From Octopus sinensis (lineage: Eukaryota), in NCBI RefSeq assembly GCF_006345805.1, contig NC_043003.1, forward strand, positions 35,960,001-36,024,000: a stretch of DNA of 64,000 nucleotides, read 5' to 3'. The position numbers and the translations under genes are program-made. Positions within the stretch are counted from its first letter, which is position 1. Each line of letters begins with the position of its first letter. This document shows positions 61,616 to 64,000 of this stretch, one piece after another. The notes under the pieces were generated by a model. That model worked only from the letters and a program-made list of their open reading frames with translations. It did not search any database and had not been told where the DNA came from.

Positions 61616-62889
61616 TAGAAAATTACCAATACATTATAGATAGAAAATGAAACCATCTCCTGACCCCAAATATACATTCTTCACTCATACTATGCAAACA
61701 CACTATGGCTAGCACCTAAGCAAATCCGGAGAAAAACCATACTACGAAGGAACTAGTAAATGAACATCTTAATCGCAGACCTTATCAATATTATGAAGAT
61801 TAAATCGCTAATCGCTTATCTCTAAGAAAGTCACAACATAACCAATATTTTATCATCCGAATGAAATTTTCTAGTATGCATAAAATATATAGGCTCAGGG
61901 TGTATAAAGGTAGAAAGAAAATGGTTTGATAATATTCTAAAAACAAAAACTTCTCGCTGGTGGGACAAGCTCTCTGTACTACAACAAGTATCTGAATACC
62001 ACGATTAGAGACTATATTATACATGTACTATAGGTTTGGCTCTGAAATGTTTATAGATGCAATACCTGATACTGAATTATCGAGCATATCTAAGAGATTC
62101 CTCCGAGAATCGAACCTGAATATTTAAGTCATCGGAAAACAGTTGCATGTATCAAATTGTTCATATGTAAGTCCTACTCTTCCGTTAAAGTCAGTAGCGA
62201 AAATGGTTGCACAATATGAGCAACAAACCTGCTTGTCAACAGCAAAATTGAAGATAGTTCTAAGAAGAAGCGTGTGATAAACTTGCGGAAACTTTCAAAG
62301 TGAAACAACTTGGTGTTCTTAGTCAATGATACTATGAGCGTTGCAACGGCTAAGCTGGAAGCAAATTTTAATTTTGTTAACCGACATTTACTTGAATAAC
62401 ACAAGACTACAGTTTATTGTAAATGTAAACATCATACGGTGCGATGTTAAGACTCATAATCGACTCAGTTTGCACAAGAGAATATAACTCAATGCACCGA
62501 ACAGAATAAATTTACACTTCCTCTTTCCATTTCGATTAGTTTTATACACGAACTGTTTTATGCATATGAAAACGTAGGCATATTATATGTACATTTATCT
62601 TATACATATACATATATACACATTACATATACATATACATATATATACATATATATACATTCAATAAATTGAGTATAAACTGTATACTTCGAATGACCAA
62701 TTTTAAATACTATTGGATTTTACTCATAAGGTATTAGAATCTTATATGTATACCATCTGCCTAAAAAAAATGGATCTACAAATGCAATATCCCTACATAT
62801 CTCACATCTATTTTCTTTTATTTCCTCCACCTCACTCTCTATTTTATATCTTATCTAAATTAACTATTTCTTAACCATCCTATCACACA

Positions 62890-62937
62890 GTCTCCGATGA
62901 AGGGATATAATAAATATCCTTGAAACAGCTGTAAGAC
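62890..62937 (+). ncRNA. minimal type I hammerhead ribozyme (U4C core)
   Basis: Stem I GTCT/AGAC, core CCGATGA (62894-62900), 8-bp stem II AGGGATAT/ATATCCTT with AATAA loop, GAAAC, palindromic stem III ACAGCTGT, predicted GUA cleavage after 62933. Confidence 0.8.
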
Positions 62938-63831
62938 CTTCTGTCTATAAATGTTCTAAAATCTACACAGCCTTGGGTTTTTTTTATCTCATTACGAAAT
63001 TAAAATTTTTTATATACATTTATAAATATATACGTATTTCCATATACACACACACCACACAAACCCCCACACATATATTATGTTATATTATATTCATTTA
63101 TTTATAAATTTTAAGCAGGAAAATACATATGAATTAATCGAATGTAATTATCGATTAACATATATATCCACAGTCTTTCTCAACATGTTGAAAACATAAT
63201 CTAAAAGCAGAAGTTTAATTTCTACAGGAATCTAAGAGAAAAGAAATACAAATACTGAAATACCATTCATTTATACTTGGCGAAAGCGATATGCTTGAAT
63301 TCGAAATTAAACTTCTACAAGAGATAGAAGGAAATAAAGAAAAGGAAATAAAATTTAAAACAAAGGCAGAACGATGACGTAACGTATGCGGACGTAAGGA
63401 AAGTGCGCTTTTCATACACTACTAAAGGGGGAGTAAGCAAAAGATAAACTCGGTGTGAACTGAAATCGGTGAGGAGGAACAATAACAAAGAGGTATTCTC
63501 TCTGACCATCAACAACTTAAGGAGCTGCAGCCTTAATGCACGCTCACCTGCTCACGCACACACATACACACACATATACACACACATACACAGACACACA
63601 TGACATGCATATGTTATAAATATATGTATAGGCGCAAGAGTGGCTTTCTGTTTTCTAAGGCGTGTAAAAGAACTCGGAAATTTGGGCCTCTAACCAGGTC
63701 TTTCTAGATACCCTTAAAGCCAGGAACTTTGCAGCACCCTTCGTATATAAATATGTAAGTATACATTCCCCTATCTCTCTCACACACACCTTCTCTTTCT
63801 CTTTCTTTTTCTTCCTCTCTCTCTCCCTCTA

Positions 63832-63874
<43 letters not shown>

Positions 63875-63875
<1 letters not shown>

Positions 63876-64000
63876 TTAAACATTACTTTATATAATTAGG
63901 GTTCAGGAAAAAAAATTACTTTACCACACACCGAACTTTTAGAATAGCAGCCAAATAATTTAGCTATTTCCCCTACTATAAGAAGAGTCTCCCAGACAAT
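63875..64000 (+). mobile_element. P2 family fragment after (TA)n, cut by the window end
   Basis: ACTTTACCACACACCGAACTTTT.AGAA.TAGCAGCCAAA..AGCTATTTC as in the 39430 arm. Confidence 0.75.

Noticed and set aside
61700-61760. GEKPY as a C2H2 zinc-finger linker
   Set aside because: No flanking Cys/His pattern, and stops lie nearby.

Overview
AT-rich, microsatellite-saturated eukaryotic DNA, most likely an octopod cephalopod (inferred from the tRNA-derived SINE families and overall repeat landscape). It looks intronic or intergenic. No complete protein-coding gene is visible, and almost all ORF-track entries are translated (TA)n/(TG)n/(ATT)n/(TATC)n repeats. The window is a transposon graveyard: at least five SINE families; R4-clade (RLE) and L1/Tx1-clade (APE) LINE fragments; a Penelope-like RT/GIY-YIG fragment plus many pseudo-LTR pieces in (TA)n; four Helitron pieces; a decayed Tc1; a hAT MITE; and a 6.57-kb TIR/TSD-bounded hAT-type element holding a nested stack of other elements. 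Most interesting: (1) a tRNA-headed SINE carrying a minimal type I hammerhead ribozyme, present as a head-to-head fold-back (43966-44545); (2) a second, unrelated, well-folded hammerhead with the same CCGAUGA (U4C) core variant (62890-62937); (3) a cluster of long inverted repeats at 39.4-45.8 kb; (4) a permuted Tx1 LINE; (5) a dense TTCN3GAA/GAAnnTTC minisatellite; (6) a candidate two-exon 3' end of a small Cys-rich protein (45988-46791). Family assignments come from motifs read by eye, not database searches, and SINE/LINE boundaries are approximate.
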